Of a DNA stretch of 14,226 nt, positions 1-9,335 are shown piece by piece. The stretch is from a virus. Taxonomy: Duplodnaviria > Heunggongvirae > Uroviricota > Caudoviricetes. The translations under genes and the position numbers were made by a program. The DNA lies in IMG/VR virus record IMGVR_UViG_2571042870_000001, one strand, 5' to 3'. The first letter of the stretch is position 1. Each line of letters opens with the position of its first letter. The notes beneath the pieces are model-generated. The model saw only the letters and a list, made by a program, of their open reading frames with translations, searched no databases and was not told the origin of the DNA.

Positions 1-28
1 GACGCCCTTTATTGGGGTTATAAATATT

Positions 29-3000
29 TCAACGAATACTGATGCCGGAAGCGGCTTTTTTGGTCACAATCACCGTACAGTCGGTGATATTGCCTGCCCC
101 CTGATTGCCTTTCTGGAAAATCTTAAACTCCAGAGTGACGCTTCCCCTGCCACTCGGCATATCAATAACTGCACTGTAACTACCGGGAATGGCCCCTTTA
201 GTTTCTCTGGATGCGATTAATACGCCGTTTTTGCGAACTTCAAAACCATAACCCGTGTATCGCGTGCCTCCTGGGTTATTTCCGCTCCCCGGATCGTCAT
301 ACGCTATACCGTTAAAAATAATGGGCGGAATAATAATCTGGCGGTCAAAGTTATGATCATCGCTGATGGTGACTGTAACCGTACCGTTTGGTGTTTCCGT
401 GTTACCCCACGTACCGACTTTTTTCGGGAAGGCTTTTGATACAGCTTTAACGAAATCTCCTCTGACCTGGGTCGCCTCCAGCATGCCCTTAATCGTACAG
501 TTCTGGTTAATCGTGACATTGTTGAGCGTTCCTGAGTTCGCATTCACACTGCCACTGATATCCGCATTTTTCGCCGTCAGCCTCCCGTCTGATGTCAGGG
601 AAAATGCCGGAGGATTACCGCCGCTGGTAATGGTGGGGGCCGTCAGGCGTTTCAGGAACACTTCATTCATGAATATCTGATCGCCCTGACCAACAAACAT
701 CGGCTTTGTGTTGCCATTCGCAGGATTAATCATCGCAATCCTGTCTGCTGCCAGCAGCACCTGACTCTGCATGCCGTCAGGGGTGTTCTCAATACCGGCA
801 CCGATACCCGCAATATAAAGGCGTCCGTCCTGCATCTGCTGCAGCTTCACTGCCCACATGCTGTTCAGGTTATTATTTGTATCAACCTGAACCTTCTGTA
901 TCTGCTGGATCGCTGCACTCTGGTCTTCCAGTTTCTTATTGACGGTCTGTGTTATTTCATTGCTGACATCCGTTATGGACGTCCTGATTTCAGTCAGGTC
1001 AGGCGCAAGCTGACCGTTATCAATCTGCGTCCACAGCTCCTGAGCCAGATGGGTTTTCCCTATCTCGCCTTTGAAAAAATCCAGATAGCCTGATGCATCA
1101 TCACTCGGCTGACCGACAGCCTCCACGAATGCCGATTTGCCAACGGTGTTCACACTGCGAACGTAAAAATAATAATCATGGCCCGGTTTGATATTGATAC
1201 TGGCGGCTATCCAGTACAGTGCCGTACCAAGATAACGCGCGCTGGTTTCAACCTGCCTGATATCCGCAATCCGTTTTTCCGAGAACCAGAACTCAAACTG
1301 TACCGTCGGGTCATAAACCGCAAGATGCGGCGTGGCGGTTATCTGAAAATAGCCCGGCGTCAGCTCAATCCGCGACGGTGCTGCCGGTGCGGCAATCCGG
1401 AATGATACCGACGCCGGATCACCCTGCTGCCCCCAGGCATTTACCGCCCGGACTGTCAGCCTGTAGTTCCCCAGCGCCAGCTGCCTGAAGCGGTATGTGG
1501 TTTCCGTCGTCCGGGCCGTGCTGACCAGCCGCTCACTACCGTCATCCGCTGTTACGGTCAGACGGAGCAGGAAGCTCACGCCCTTCACCACCTTCGGCGT
1601 GTCCCAGCGGGCCAGTACCTGATACTCCCCGCTGTCTGCGGTGACTTCGGCGGTCAGGTGCTGCACCGCTGGCGGAGTGACACCATTCACCGTGCCGCTC
1701 TGGTCCCCGTCAAAGTGCGCCCCGTTATCCACGATGGCTTCTTTTTCCGGTACATGCTGCACGGCGGTGATGGCATACGTGCCGTCATCGTTCTCACGGA
1801 TACTCACACAGCGGAACAGGCGCTGGCGCAACGTTGGCAACTTCAGCCCCCACACGCTGTATTCTGCAACACCGTCAGGAACACGGCTCACTTTTACCTT
1901 CACGCCGTCGGTGACGGACTGGACCTCCACGCTGACCGGATTGCCACTTCCGTCAACCAGGCTTATCAGCGTGGTACCGGAGGATAGCAGCGTGATTTCA
2001 CGGTCGAGCGTCAGCGTCCGGGTCTGGCTGTTCACCGCCAGCACGCGCCCGCCGATGCTGATACCGGCATAGTCATCATCGCAGATTTCAATGACATCGC
2101 CCGGTACATGGCGAAGCCCTTCAGCACCCACGCTGAAGTCCACGGTCTGCGTTTCCAGCAGTTCCGTTTTAATCAGCCACAGCCCGGCGCGGTGTGCCTG
2201 CCCCCGACTGGTACAACCAAAGGCATCCATCTTCGTGACATTACGACCGTAACGGGCAATGGCCTGCGTATCTTCAACAAGCTCTGTCGCCGTCTCCCAG
2301 CCGTTGTTCGGGTCAATCCAGTTCACCTCAACGGCATTATGGCGGTCCTTCAGGGCGCTGAAGCTGTAGCGGAACGGCGCGCCATCATCCGGCATCACCA
2401 CATTACTGCGGTTATAGGTCCACACCTTATCTGATGGTCGGTCCTGCACGAACGTCAGCGTCTGCCCGTTCCATACCGGCATACAGCGCATCGCCGAGCA
2501 GAAATCACTGAGCACATCCCACGCCTTGCGCTGTGTGGTCAGGTACGCATTACAGGTGATGCGCGGCTCCGTGCCGCCAAAGCCGTCCGGCACTGACTGG
2601 TCGCAGTACTGGCCGATGACATACAGCGCCCATTTATCCACATCCGCCGCACCAAGACGTTTCCCCATGCCGTAGCGCGGGTGGGTCAGCATATCCCACA
2701 GACACCAGGCCATGTTGTCGCTGTATGCCGGCTTAAACGTTCCGTCCCAGATACCGCTGTATTGCCGCGTCTGCGGGTTATAGTTCGACGGCACCTGCAG
2801 AATGCGCCCGCGAAGATGATAATTACGGCTCACCTGCTGACTGCCGAACTGCTCCGAGTCCACCTGCACGCCGACCAGTGCCGTGTTCGGGTAGCACTGT
2901 TTCACATCGATGATTTCGGTGTATGACGACCAGAGCGTTTTGTTCTGCAGCTGGTCTGTGGTGCTGTCTGGCGTCATCCTGCGCATCCGGATATTAAACG

Positions 3001-3526
3001 GGCGCGGCGGCAGGTTATCCACCACCACCGAGGCCAGATACTGCGAGGTGGTTTTGCCCTTAATGGTGATGTCTTTTTCCGTCACCCAGCCACCGTTACG
3101 CTGTATCTGAACCAGCAGGCGGACTTCCGATGGATTCCTGTCCCCCTTTGAGGTGGTTTCCACCAGTGCCTGCACACCGAAGGTAAAGCGCAGACGGTCG
3201 ATGTTTGCCGACGTGATGGTGCGGGTGATCGGCGTGTCATATTTCACTTCCGTACCCAGCACAGTCTCGGAGCCGGAGGATTCAAAACCTTCCGGCGGTG
3301 TCTGCTCCTGCTCACCTGCCCGGAACACCACCGTGACGCCGGAGATGTTGGTATTCCCCTCACTGTCCAGCACCGGCGTACTGTTCAGCAGCACGCTTTT
3401 TAATCCATCCACCGGACCTTCAACCGGCCCTTCGCTGATGGCATCAATCACACTCAGTAACTGCGTGGATTTCAGGTTATCTTTCGCTTCGCGCGGGGTA
3501 TGCCCCTTACTGCTGCCTTTACCCAT
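29..3526 (-). CDS. J: Tail tip host-specificity protein J (central tail fibre), 1165 aa
   Basis: Single 1165-aa ORF. N-terminus [21 protein letters not shown] matches lambda gpJ as I recall it. Sits last in the tail gene order after I. Contains fibronectin-III-like segments. Lambda J is 1132 aa by recollection, so this one is 33 aa longer. ATG at 3524-3526 is preceded by GTGAGGA. Confidence 0.93.
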   Translation of the reverse strand: MGKGSSKGHTPREAKDNLKSTQLLSVIDAISEGPVEGPVDGLKSVLLNSTPVLDSEGNTNISGVTVVFRAGEQEQTPPEGFESSGSETVLGTEVKYDTPITRTITSANIDRLRFTFGVQALVETTSKGDRNPSEVRLLVQIQRNGGWVTEKDITIKGKTTSQYLASVVVDNLPPRPFNIRMRRMTPDSTTDQLQNKTLWSSYTEIIDVKQCYPNTALVGVQVDSEQFGSQQVSRNYHLRGRILQVPSNYNPQTRQYSGIWDGTFKPAYSDNMAWCLWDMLTHPRYGMGKRLGAADVDKWALYVIGQYCDQSVPDGFGGTEPRITCNAYLTTQRKAWDVLSDFCSAMRCMPVWNGQTLTFVQDRPSDKVWTYNRSNVVMPDDGAPFRYSFSALKDRHNAVEVNWIDPNNGWETATELVEDTQAIARYGRNVTKMDAFGCTSRGQAHRAGLWLIKTELLETQTVDFSVGAEGLRHVPGDVIEICDDDYAGISIGGRVLAVNSQTRTLTLDREITLLSSGTTLISLVDGSGNPVSVEVQSVTDGVKVKVSRVPDGVAEYSVWGLKLPTLRQRLFRCVSIRENDDGTYAITAVQHVPEKEAIVDNGAHFDGDQSGTVNGVTPPAVQHLTAEVTADSGEYQVLARWDTPKVVKGVSFLLRLTVTADDGSERLVSTARTTETTYRFRQLALGNYRLTVRAVNAWGQQGDPASVSFRIAAPAAPSRIELTPGYFQITATPHLAVYDPTVQFEFWFSEKRIADIRQVETSARYLGTALYWIAASINIKPGHDYYFYVRSVNTVGKSAFVEAVGQPSDDASGYLDFFKGEIGKTHLAQELWTQIDNGQLAPDLTEIRTSITDVSNEITQTVNKKLEDQSAAIQQIQKVQVDTNNNLNSMWAVKLQQMQDGRLYIAGIGAGIENTPDGMQSQVLLAADRIAMINPANGNTKPMFVGQGDQIFMNEVFLKRLTAPTITSGGNPPAFSLTSDGRLTAKNADISGSVNANSGTLNNVTINQNCTIKGMLEATQVRGDFVKAVSKAFPKKVGTWGNTETPNGTVTVTISDDHNFDRQIIIPPIIFNGIAYDDPGSGNNPGGTRYTGYGFEVRKNGVLIASRETKGAIPGSYSAVIDMPSGRGSVTLEFKIFQKGNQGAGNITDCTVIVTKKAASGISIR

Positions 3527-3548
3527 TCCTCACGCTCCATAAACGACA

Positions 3549-3568
3549 AAACCGCCCGCAGGCGGTTT
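3549..3568 (-). terminator. Terminator-like hairpin in the I-J intergenic spacer (8-bp stem AAACCGCC/GGCGGTTT, 4-nt loop), followed on the transcript by UUUUGUCGUUU
   Basis: Read directly: plus 3549-3556 aaaccgcc pairs with 3561-3568 ggcggttt, loop 3557-3560. Lies between I stop (3587-3589) and J start (3526). Function not established. Confidence 0.3.
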
Positions 3569-3586
3569 CACATAAAACATTTTGCA

Positions 3587-4258
3587 TCAGCGACCAATCA
3601 CCACAACCTGACCACCGTCCCCTTCGTCTGCCGTGCTGATCTCCTGAGAAACCACCCGTGACCCCACACGCATTTCACCGTACAGAACAGGCAGAACATT
3701 GCCCTGAGCAACCATGTTATCCAGTGAGGAGAAATAGGTGTTCTGTTTGCCGTTATCCGTTGTCTGTGTACGGGGAGTTCTGGCTTTCGGTGCCAGCATC
3801 TGCGCCACACCACCGAGCACCATACTGGCACCGAGAGAAAACAGGATGCCGGTCATACCACCGGCCCCAATGGCTGCCCCCCATGCTGCAAGGGTGGCTC
3901 CGGCAGTAAAGAATGATCCGGCAATGGCGGCAGCTCCCAGGACAATCTGGAATACGCCCCCTGACTTGGCCCCGGCGACTCTGGGAACAATATGAATCAC
4001 AGCGCCGTCAGGCAGAACCTCATGTAACTGCGCCGTCAATCCGGACGTGCTGACGTCCCGCCCGGAAATCCGTACCTGATACCAGCCGTCGCTCAGTTTC
4101 TGACGAAACGCCGGGAGCTGTGTGGCCAGTGCCCGGATGGCTTCAGCCCCCGTTTTCACACGAAGGTCGATGCGGCGGCCAAATCGTTGTAAATCCCCGT
4201 AAAGGCAGATGCGCGCCATGCCCGGTGACGCCAGAGGGAGTGTGTGCGTCGCTGCCAT
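3587..4258 (-). CDS. I: Tail assembly protein I, 223 aa
   Basis: 223-aa ORF, same length as lambda gpI. Position between K and J. C-terminal half is a long Gly/Ala-rich hydrophobic stretch (GGVFQIVLGAAAIAGSFFTAGATLAAWGAAIGAGGMTGILFSLGASMVLGG). Overlaps the K 3' end by 103 nt in another frame. Confidence 0.9.
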   Translation of the reverse strand: MAATHTLPLASPGMARICLYGDLQRFGRRIDLRVKTGAEAIRALATQLPAFRQKLSDGWYQVRISGRDVSTSGLTAQLHEVLPDGAVIHIVPRVAGAKSGGVFQIVLGAAAIAGSFFTAGATLAAWGAAIGAGGMTGILFSLGASMVLGGVAQMLAPKARTPRTQTTDNGKQNTYFSSLDNMVAQGNVLPVLYGEMRVGSRVVSQEISTADEGDGGQVVVIGR

Positions 4259-4899
4259 TTGTCGGTATACCTCTCTCGTTTGCTCAGTTGTTCAGGAATA
4301 TGGTGCAGCAGCTCGCCGTCACCGCAGTAAATAGCGGCATGATTCGGCACCGATGAACCAAAGCAGCACAGCAGCACATCGCCCGGCTGCGCCTCTGTCA
4401 GTGCGACACGGTAAAAACCAGTCGCCTCCATATTGTCAAGATAGAGATTCTGACCGTTACGCCACCAGTCATCCCCGCGATGAAAATCCGGCATCTCAAT
4501 CCCAGCCAGATGATAAGCATCCCGGAACAGCGTGTAACAGTCCGTCGCCCCGTGCTCAAAGCGCCGCCCGGTGAGATGCGGCACACAGCGGAACTTATGA
4601 ATCACTCCCCGGCAGACCAGCCACCACGGCAAATCACTCTGCACCTGCAGCCGCCGGTCGGCCTCACTCAGCCAGGGCAGACCACCGGGGTGACTGTGGA
4701 CCAGCGCCACAATCTCACCCTGCATTTTGGCCTGCAGCCAGTCCTCCGGAGCCATCCGGAAATAATCCTCCGGCTCACCGGAAATATTCACGCAGGGAAA
4801 ATATCTTTCCCCCTCCGGCGTTCTCACCACGAAGCCGCACGACTCCGCTGGCGCACATCGCCGGGCGTGCGCCAGAATCGCTGATTCTGTCTCTGTCAT
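4156..4899 (-). CDS. K: Tail tip assembly protein K, 247 aa with the chosen start; JAMM/MPN-like N-terminal motif and NlpC/P60-like C-terminal motif
   Basis: Start chosen at ATG 4897-4899 (MTETESAILAHARR...), 4 nt after the L stop (TAA 4904-4906). The track ORF begins at 4974 and would overlap L by 70 nt. HSHPGGLPWLSEAD fits the JAMM pattern HxHx7Sx2D. TDCYTLF and PNHAAIY resemble the NlpC/P60 Cys and His motifs. Start codon choice is uncertain. Confidence 0.85.
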   Translation of the reverse strand: MTETESAILAHARRCAPAESCGFVVRTPEGERYFPCVNISGEPEDYFRMAPEDWLQAKMQGEIVALVHSHPGGLPWLSEADRRLQVQSDLPWWLVCRGVIHKFRCVPHLTGRRFEHGATDCYTLFRDAYHLAGIEMPDFHRGDDWWRNGQNLYLDNMEATGFYRVALTEAQPGDVLLCCFGSSVPNHAAIYCGDGELLHHIPEQLSKRERYTDKWQRRTHSLWRHRAWRASAFTGIYNDLAAASTFV

Positions 4900-4903
4900 G
4901 GGA

Positions 4904-5602
4904 TTACTGCGAAAGTTTGTTAATGGAAAGGAAGCCGCCAAAGTTGCCGACGTTATTGCGAAACTTACAGCCACTCAGGCATTTGCTGCATTTATCCTTC
5001 GTGATATCGGATGTCGGCTGGTCATATTCATCCGCGACAGCCGGACCGCTATAACCGCACTCGTCACCGCGATAGGTCCAGGTGCAGGTGTTGGCCAGCA
5101 TGATGCGCCCCGGAAAAACAGCGCCATCCGTTTCCGTCGGCGTGGACAGTACAAAGGAGGCACTCACCGCGCTCAGTTCGCTGCACTGCTCGATGCGCCA
5201 GCGGCTGATCACCTCCTGCTCCGGATCGGCGTCACTGTTTCCGTTGACGAAGTTCACCGCATCCAGAAAACGGGCGTAAACCTTACGCCGGACCACCGTT
5301 CCGCCGACCAGACTCTGCATATCTTCCGCCATCCCGGTGACCATACCGTACAGGTTAGAAACCGTCAGCGTGGGGCGCGTACTGGTGCCTTTGCCATTCA
5401 GTTCAAAACCACTCCCCTGAATGGGATACGGCTGATACTGTCGCCCCTGCCAGGTGACCGGCTCACCTTTTTCGTTCTGCTCATTACAGAAAAAATAACG
5501 TTCTCCACCGACCTCTGTCAGGTCGATTTCCCAGAGCACCACGCTGGCAGACTGCTCCGCACGGGTGCATTCATTCAGTGTTTCCTGTCGGATATCCTGC
5601 AT
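4904..5602 (-). CDS. L: Tail tip protein L, 232 aa
   Basis: 232-aa ORF, same length as lambda gpL. C-terminal four-cysteine cluster (GDEC...DKCSKCLSGC), as in the gpL family reported to bind an Fe-S cluster. Start overlaps the M stop (TGATG). Confidence 0.92.
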   Translation of the reverse strand: MQDIRQETLNECTRAEQSASVVLWEIDLTEVGGERYFFCNEQNEKGEPVTWQGRQYQPYPIQGSGFELNGKGTSTRPTLTVSNLYGMVTGMAEDMQSLVGGTVVRRKVYARFLDAVNFVNGNSDADPEQEVISRWRIEQCSELSAVSASFVLSTPTETDGAVFPGRIMLANTCTWTYRGDECGYSGPAVADEYDQPTSDITKDKCSKCLSGCKFRNNVGNFGGFLSINKLSQ

Positions 5603-5931
5603 CAGTTCACCACCTGTTCAAACTCTGCGCTGAACTCAACACGCAGCATACTGACCCGCGACGACCATTTTGCGCAGGTCACCTTTATCTGCCGGTAGCC
5701 ATAAGGCGGCGTCCACAGAAAGGCCTTCCAGCCCCCGTGCTCAGCCAGAAACGACTCCAGCGCCGCGGCCTCCCAACGGGGAACAGAAAGCGTCACGCTG
5801 TACGTTTTCAGGTCAGTGTTCAGCCCGGCAGGCGCTCGCTGGGAATAGCCATCACCAAAGCGCACCTTTCTTACGGAAGGGGCCGAAGCCACATCCATAC
5901 CGGGTTTCACTTTCCAGCGGAAGGTTTTCAT
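5602..5931 (-). CDS. M: Tail tip protein M, 109 aa
   Basis: 109-aa ORF, same length and position as lambda gpM. Its ATG overlaps the H stop (ATGA). Confidence 0.92.
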   Translation of the reverse strand: MKTFRWKVKPGMDVASAPSVRKVRFGDGYSQRAPAGLNTDLKTYSVTLSVPRWEAAALESFLAEHGGWKAFLWTPPYGYRQIKVTCAKWSSRVSMLRVEFSAEFEQVVN

Positions 5932-8489
5932 CGTCCACCTCCGGAGAACAGACCACCATCGCGCATCTGTGCCTGAATTTCATCACGGGCACCCTTGCGG
6001 GCCATGTCATACACTGCCTTCATCATCTGTGGACCTGGCAGACCATTCGTACCGTCGTTCTGAATCACCACGTTGTTGTTCTGCTCAAACCTGATACCCT
6101 CTGAACGCCGCATTTGCGCCGGACTTCCGGTGCCACCGACATAACCGCCGGTGGCATAGCCGCGCATCAGCCGGTAGAGATTTCCCACGCCAATCCGGCT
6201 GGTTGCCTCCTTCGTGAAGACAAATTCACCACGGTGAACAATCCCCGCTGGCTCATATTTGCCGCCGGTTCCCGTAAATCCTCCGGTTGCAAAATGGAAT
6301 TTCGCCGCAGCGGCCTGAATGGCTGTACCGCCTGATGCGGATGCGCCGCCACCAACAGCCCCGCCAATGGCGCTGCCGATACTCCCGACAATCCCCACCA
6401 TTGCCTGCTTAAGCAGAATTTCTGTCATCATGGACAGCACGGAACGGGTGAAGCTGCGCCAGTTCTGCTCACTGCCGGTCAGCATCGCCGCCATATTCTG
6501 CGCAATACCATCAAAGGTCTGCGTGGCTGCACTTTTAACCTGCGACATACTGTTCGTGGCGCTCTCTTCCCACTCACTCCAGCCGGACTTCAGGCCTGCC
6601 ATCCAGCTCCCGCGAAGCTGGTCTTCAGCCGCCCAGGTCTTTTTCTGCTCTGACATGACGTTATTCAGCGCCAGCGGATTATCGCCATACTGTTCCTTCA
6701 GACGCTGTTCCGTGGCTTCCCGCGCTGCCTGCCGGTCAGTCAGCCCCCGGTTTTTCGCATCAATGGCGGCACGTTTTGCCCGTTGCTGCTGTGCGAATTT
6801 ATCCGCCTGCTGCGCCAGCGCGTTCAGGCGCTCCTGATACGTAACCTTGTCGCCAAGTGCAGCCAGCTGGCGTTTGTACTCCAGCGTCTCATCTTTATGC
6901 GCCAGCAGGGATTTCTCCTGTGCGGACAGCTGGCGACGTTGTGCCGCCTCCTCCAGTACCGCGAACTGACTTTCTGCCTTCCACAAATCCCGGCGCTGCT
7001 GGCTGATTTTCTCATTCGCTCCGGCATGCTTCTCCAGCGTCCGGAGTTCTGCCTGAAGCGTCAGCAGGGCAGCATGAGCACTGTCTTCCTGACGATCGCC
7101 CGCAGACACCTTCACGCCGGACTGTTTCGGCTTTTTCAGCGTCGCTTCATAATCCTTTTTCGCCGCCGCCATCAGCGTGTTGTAATCCGCCTGCAGGATT
7201 TTCCCGTCTTTCAGTGCCTTGTTCAGTTCTTCCTGACGGGCGGTATATTTCTCCAGCGGCGTCTGCAGCCGTTCGTAAGCCTTCTGCGCCTCTTCGGTAT
7301 ATTTCAGCCGTGACGCTTCGGTATCGCTCTGCTGCTGCGCATTTTTGTCCTGTTGAGTCTGCTGCTCAGCCTTCTTTCGGGCGGCTTCAAGCGCAAGACG
7401 GGCCTTTTCACGATCATCCCAGTAACGCGCCCGCGCTTCATCGTTAACAAAATAATCATCCTTGCGCAGATTCCAGATGTCGTCTGCTTTCTTAAACGCA
7501 GCCTCTGCCTTAATCAGCATCTCCTGCGCGGTATCAGGACGACCAATATCCAGCACCGCATCCCACATGGATTTGAATGCCCGCGCTGTCCTGTCTGCCC
7601 AGGTCTCCAGCGTGCCCATGTTCTCTTTCAGGCGGCGGGTCTGGTCATCAAACCCTTTCGTTGCGGCCTCGTTCGCCGCCTGCAATGCCCCGGCTTCATC
7701 GCCGGAACGCTGCAACTGAGCAACATACGCAATCTGCTCCGCCGTCACGTTATGGAACTGGCGTGCCATCGCAGTCAGCCCCGACGTCGGGTCTGTGGTC
7801 AGCTTCCCGAAGGCTTCAGCGACCTTGTCCACCTCCACGCCGGATGCAGAGGAGAAACGCGCCACACTCTGGCTGATGGACGCAATCTGAGCCTCACCGC
7901 TTACCCCCGCCTTAACCAGTGCGCTGAGTGACTCGCTGGTCTGGTTAAACGTCAGCCCTGCCGCCTGCCCGGCTCTGGACAGGACCAGCATACGATCTGC
8001 CGTCAGTCCCGCCTGATTGCCGGAAAGGACCAGCGTTTTGTTGAAATCGGACAGGGTTGAGTTGCCCTGATACCAGGCATACGCCAGCGCACCGGTCGCC
8101 ACCGCCAGCGAGGTGGCCCCCACCATCGGCAGGGTGATCGCACCGGCAAGCCCCCTGAACATGGGGATCATCCCGCCGAAGGAGTCCTTAACCTGACCAC
8201 CCTGTTGCAGCAGGATCAGCCACGGACTTTGCCCGCCTGCAAGCTGCGTGGCCACGTCGGTGAACTGTGCAGGCAGCATACGCATGGCGGCTTTATACTG
8301 CCCGACGGAAATCCCCGCTTTCTGTGCAGCCAGCGCCTGTCGGCTCAGCGACTGTTCAACGACTGCCGCTGTTTTTTTCGCATCACTTTCCGTACCGGAA
8401 AAATGACGCCTGACTCTGGCCATCTGCTCGTCAAATCTGGCCGCATCCAGACTCAAATCAACGACCAGATCGCCTACCGGTTCAGCCAT
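5928..8489 (-). CDS. H: Tail tape measure protein H, 853 aa
   Basis: 853-aa ORF, same length as lambda gpH. Ala/Gln/Glu/Lys/Arg-rich central region with coiled-coil character and a Gly-rich C-terminal region. GGAGGAG Shine-Dalgarno upstream of ATG 8487-8489. Start overlaps the end of the T frame. Confidence 0.93.
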   Translation of the reverse strand: MAEPVGDLVVDLSLDAARFDEQMARVRRHFSGTESDAKKTAAVVEQSLSRQALAAQKAGISVGQYKAAMRMLPAQFTDVATQLAGGQSPWLILLQQGGQVKDSFGGMIPMFRGLAGAITLPMVGATSLAVATGALAYAWYQGNSTLSDFNKTLVLSGNQAGLTADRMLVLSRAGQAAGLTFNQTSESLSALVKAGVSGEAQIASISQSVARFSSASGVEVDKVAEAFGKLTTDPTSGLTAMARQFHNVTAEQIAYVAQLQRSGDEAGALQAANEAATKGFDDQTRRLKENMGTLETWADRTARAFKSMWDAVLDIGRPDTAQEMLIKAEAAFKKADDIWNLRKDDYFVNDEARARYWDDREKARLALEAARKKAEQQTQQDKNAQQQSDTEASRLKYTEEAQKAYERLQTPLEKYTARQEELNKALKDGKILQADYNTLMAAAKKDYEATLKKPKQSGVKVSAGDRQEDSAHAALLTLQAELRTLEKHAGANEKISQQRRDLWKAESQFAVLEEAAQRRQLSAQEKSLLAHKDETLEYKRQLAALGDKVTYQERLNALAQQADKFAQQQRAKRAAIDAKNRGLTDRQAAREATEQRLKEQYGDNPLALNNVMSEQKKTWAAEDQLRGSWMAGLKSGWSEWEESATNSMSQVKSAATQTFDGIAQNMAAMLTGSEQNWRSFTRSVLSMMTEILLKQAMVGIVGSIGSAIGGAVGGGASASGGTAIQAAAAKFHFATGGFTGTGGKYEPAGIVHRGEFVFTKEATSRIGVGNLYRLMRGYATGGYVGGTGSPAQMRRSEGIRFEQNNNVVIQNDGTNGLPGPQMMKAVYDMARKGARDEIQAQMRDGGLFSGGGR

Positions 8490-9320
8490 ACCGGACTCCT
8501 CCTGCGATCCCTTCTGATACTGTCATCAGCATTACGTCATCCTCCGTCATGTCCGCCACATCCGGGGAAGCGGGGATAACTTCATTCCCGTCCGGGCCAA
8601 AGCGGACACCTCCGGCAAGCCCTGCCGCTTTCTGCATCAGCACATCATCTTCAGGCTCTTCGTCAGCCTCGCGCCGGTTCAGCAGACTGAAATCCAGCGG
8701 ATGCATATCCGGATCGCTGAAAAACAGGCTGAGCACGGTGTACGTCAGCCCGGAAAAGTGCATATCCAGCAGAACATCATGAAAATAATGGGTACTGTAA
8801 AAGCGGTGCCAGTCGGCATACTCCGTGGATGACATCCCGGCAAGCATGGCGCGCCAGTCGGGTCGCCCCATCTCACGCGCCAGTTTCAGGGCAAAACTCA
8901 GCTCACCGTCGAACACTTTCCCGCAGAAACAGGCTCTGCAGGCCCGGCGTCATCTGCCTGTTCAGGTGCATCATTCACAACAAACTCAGACATACCGGAC
9001 AGACGCATTACCACATTTTCAGCCTGAGCAATTGCCTCTGTGGGCCAGGTGGTAAGCACTTCCTGCTCAATTTGTTTAACGGCTTCATTCATGGACGGCA
9101 GCTTTGTCTTCTGCGGATGGCTATGCCACAGGGACATCGCCACCAGAAAAGCACCGGTTCTGACGAGATCTTCCACGCTCACCTGTCGATTGAGACTGGA
9201 TCCCGCCTGTTCTGCCTGTCGTTTCAGCAGGGCGAGATGCTCAATTCGCTGCAGGGCTGACAGTTCAGAAAGCGTGACGCTCACACCGTTATATTCAAAT
9301 GATTCGGTTTTCAGGAACAT
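8482..9320 (-). CDS. G-T: G-T tail assembly chaperone fusion made by programmed -1 ribosomal frameshift (G frame 9320 to 8916, then T frame to 8482)
   Basis: The T frame (8482-8916) has no ATG of its own; the track's start is GTG 8914-8916 directly after the slippery heptamer. It is in the -1 frame relative to G and opens at the GGGAAAG site, 6 codons before the G stop. Same arrangement as lambda G/G-T. Confidence 0.82.
8898..9320 (-). CDS. G: Tail assembly chaperone G, 140 aa
   Basis: 140-aa ORF, same length as lambda gpG. Ends ...SAGKCSTVS with the slippery site in codons AGK. GGAGAG Shine-Dalgarno 6 nt upstream of the ATG. Confidence 0.9.
   Translation of the reverse strand: MFLKTESFEYNGVSVTLSELSALQRIEHLALLKRQAEQAGSSLNRQVSVEDLVRTGAFLVAMSLWHSHPQKTKLPSMNEAVKQIEQEVLTTWPTEAIAQAENVVMRLSGMSEFVVNDAPEQADDAGPAEPVSAGKCSTVS
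8916..8922 (-). promoter_or_regulatory. Slippery heptanucleotide G GGA AAG for the G/G-T -1 programmed frameshift
   Basis: Plus strand 8916-8922 is ctttccc, reverse complement GGGAAAG. In the G frame it reads GCG GGA AAG (A-G-K), 6 codons before the G stop TGA at 8898-8900. Confidence 0.85.
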
Positions 9321-9335
9321 CGCTGACTCTCCGGA

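Noticed and set aside
304-680. Small ORFs inside the J 3' region (304-543 minus, 366-680 plus)
   Set aside because: Nested in alternative frames or antisense within J. No independent start signals. Most likely chance ORFs in the lower-GC segment.
4900-4974. N-terminal extension of K from the track (MAVSFAITSATLAAS...)
   Set aside because: Would overlap the L C-terminus by 70 nt. The ATG at 4899 sits 4 nt after the L stop and begins the conserved domain. Not fully excluded.
4898-5698. 266-aa plus-strand ORF antisense to L and M, along with other long plus-strand ORFs (5578-5976, 5670-6104, 6319-6837, 6783-7313, 7353-7931, 1641-2072)
   Set aside because: All lie antisense to recognisable lambda-type structural genes in GC-rich sequence where long antisense ORFs arise by chance. 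No Shine-Dalgarno or gene-packing logic; low-complexity or Arg/Pro-rich translations.
8482-8916. T listed in the track as an independent 144-aa ORF
   Set aside because: Its first codon is GTG immediately after the slippery heptamer and it has no Shine-Dalgarno. By analogy with lambda it is expressed only as the G-T frameshift fusion.
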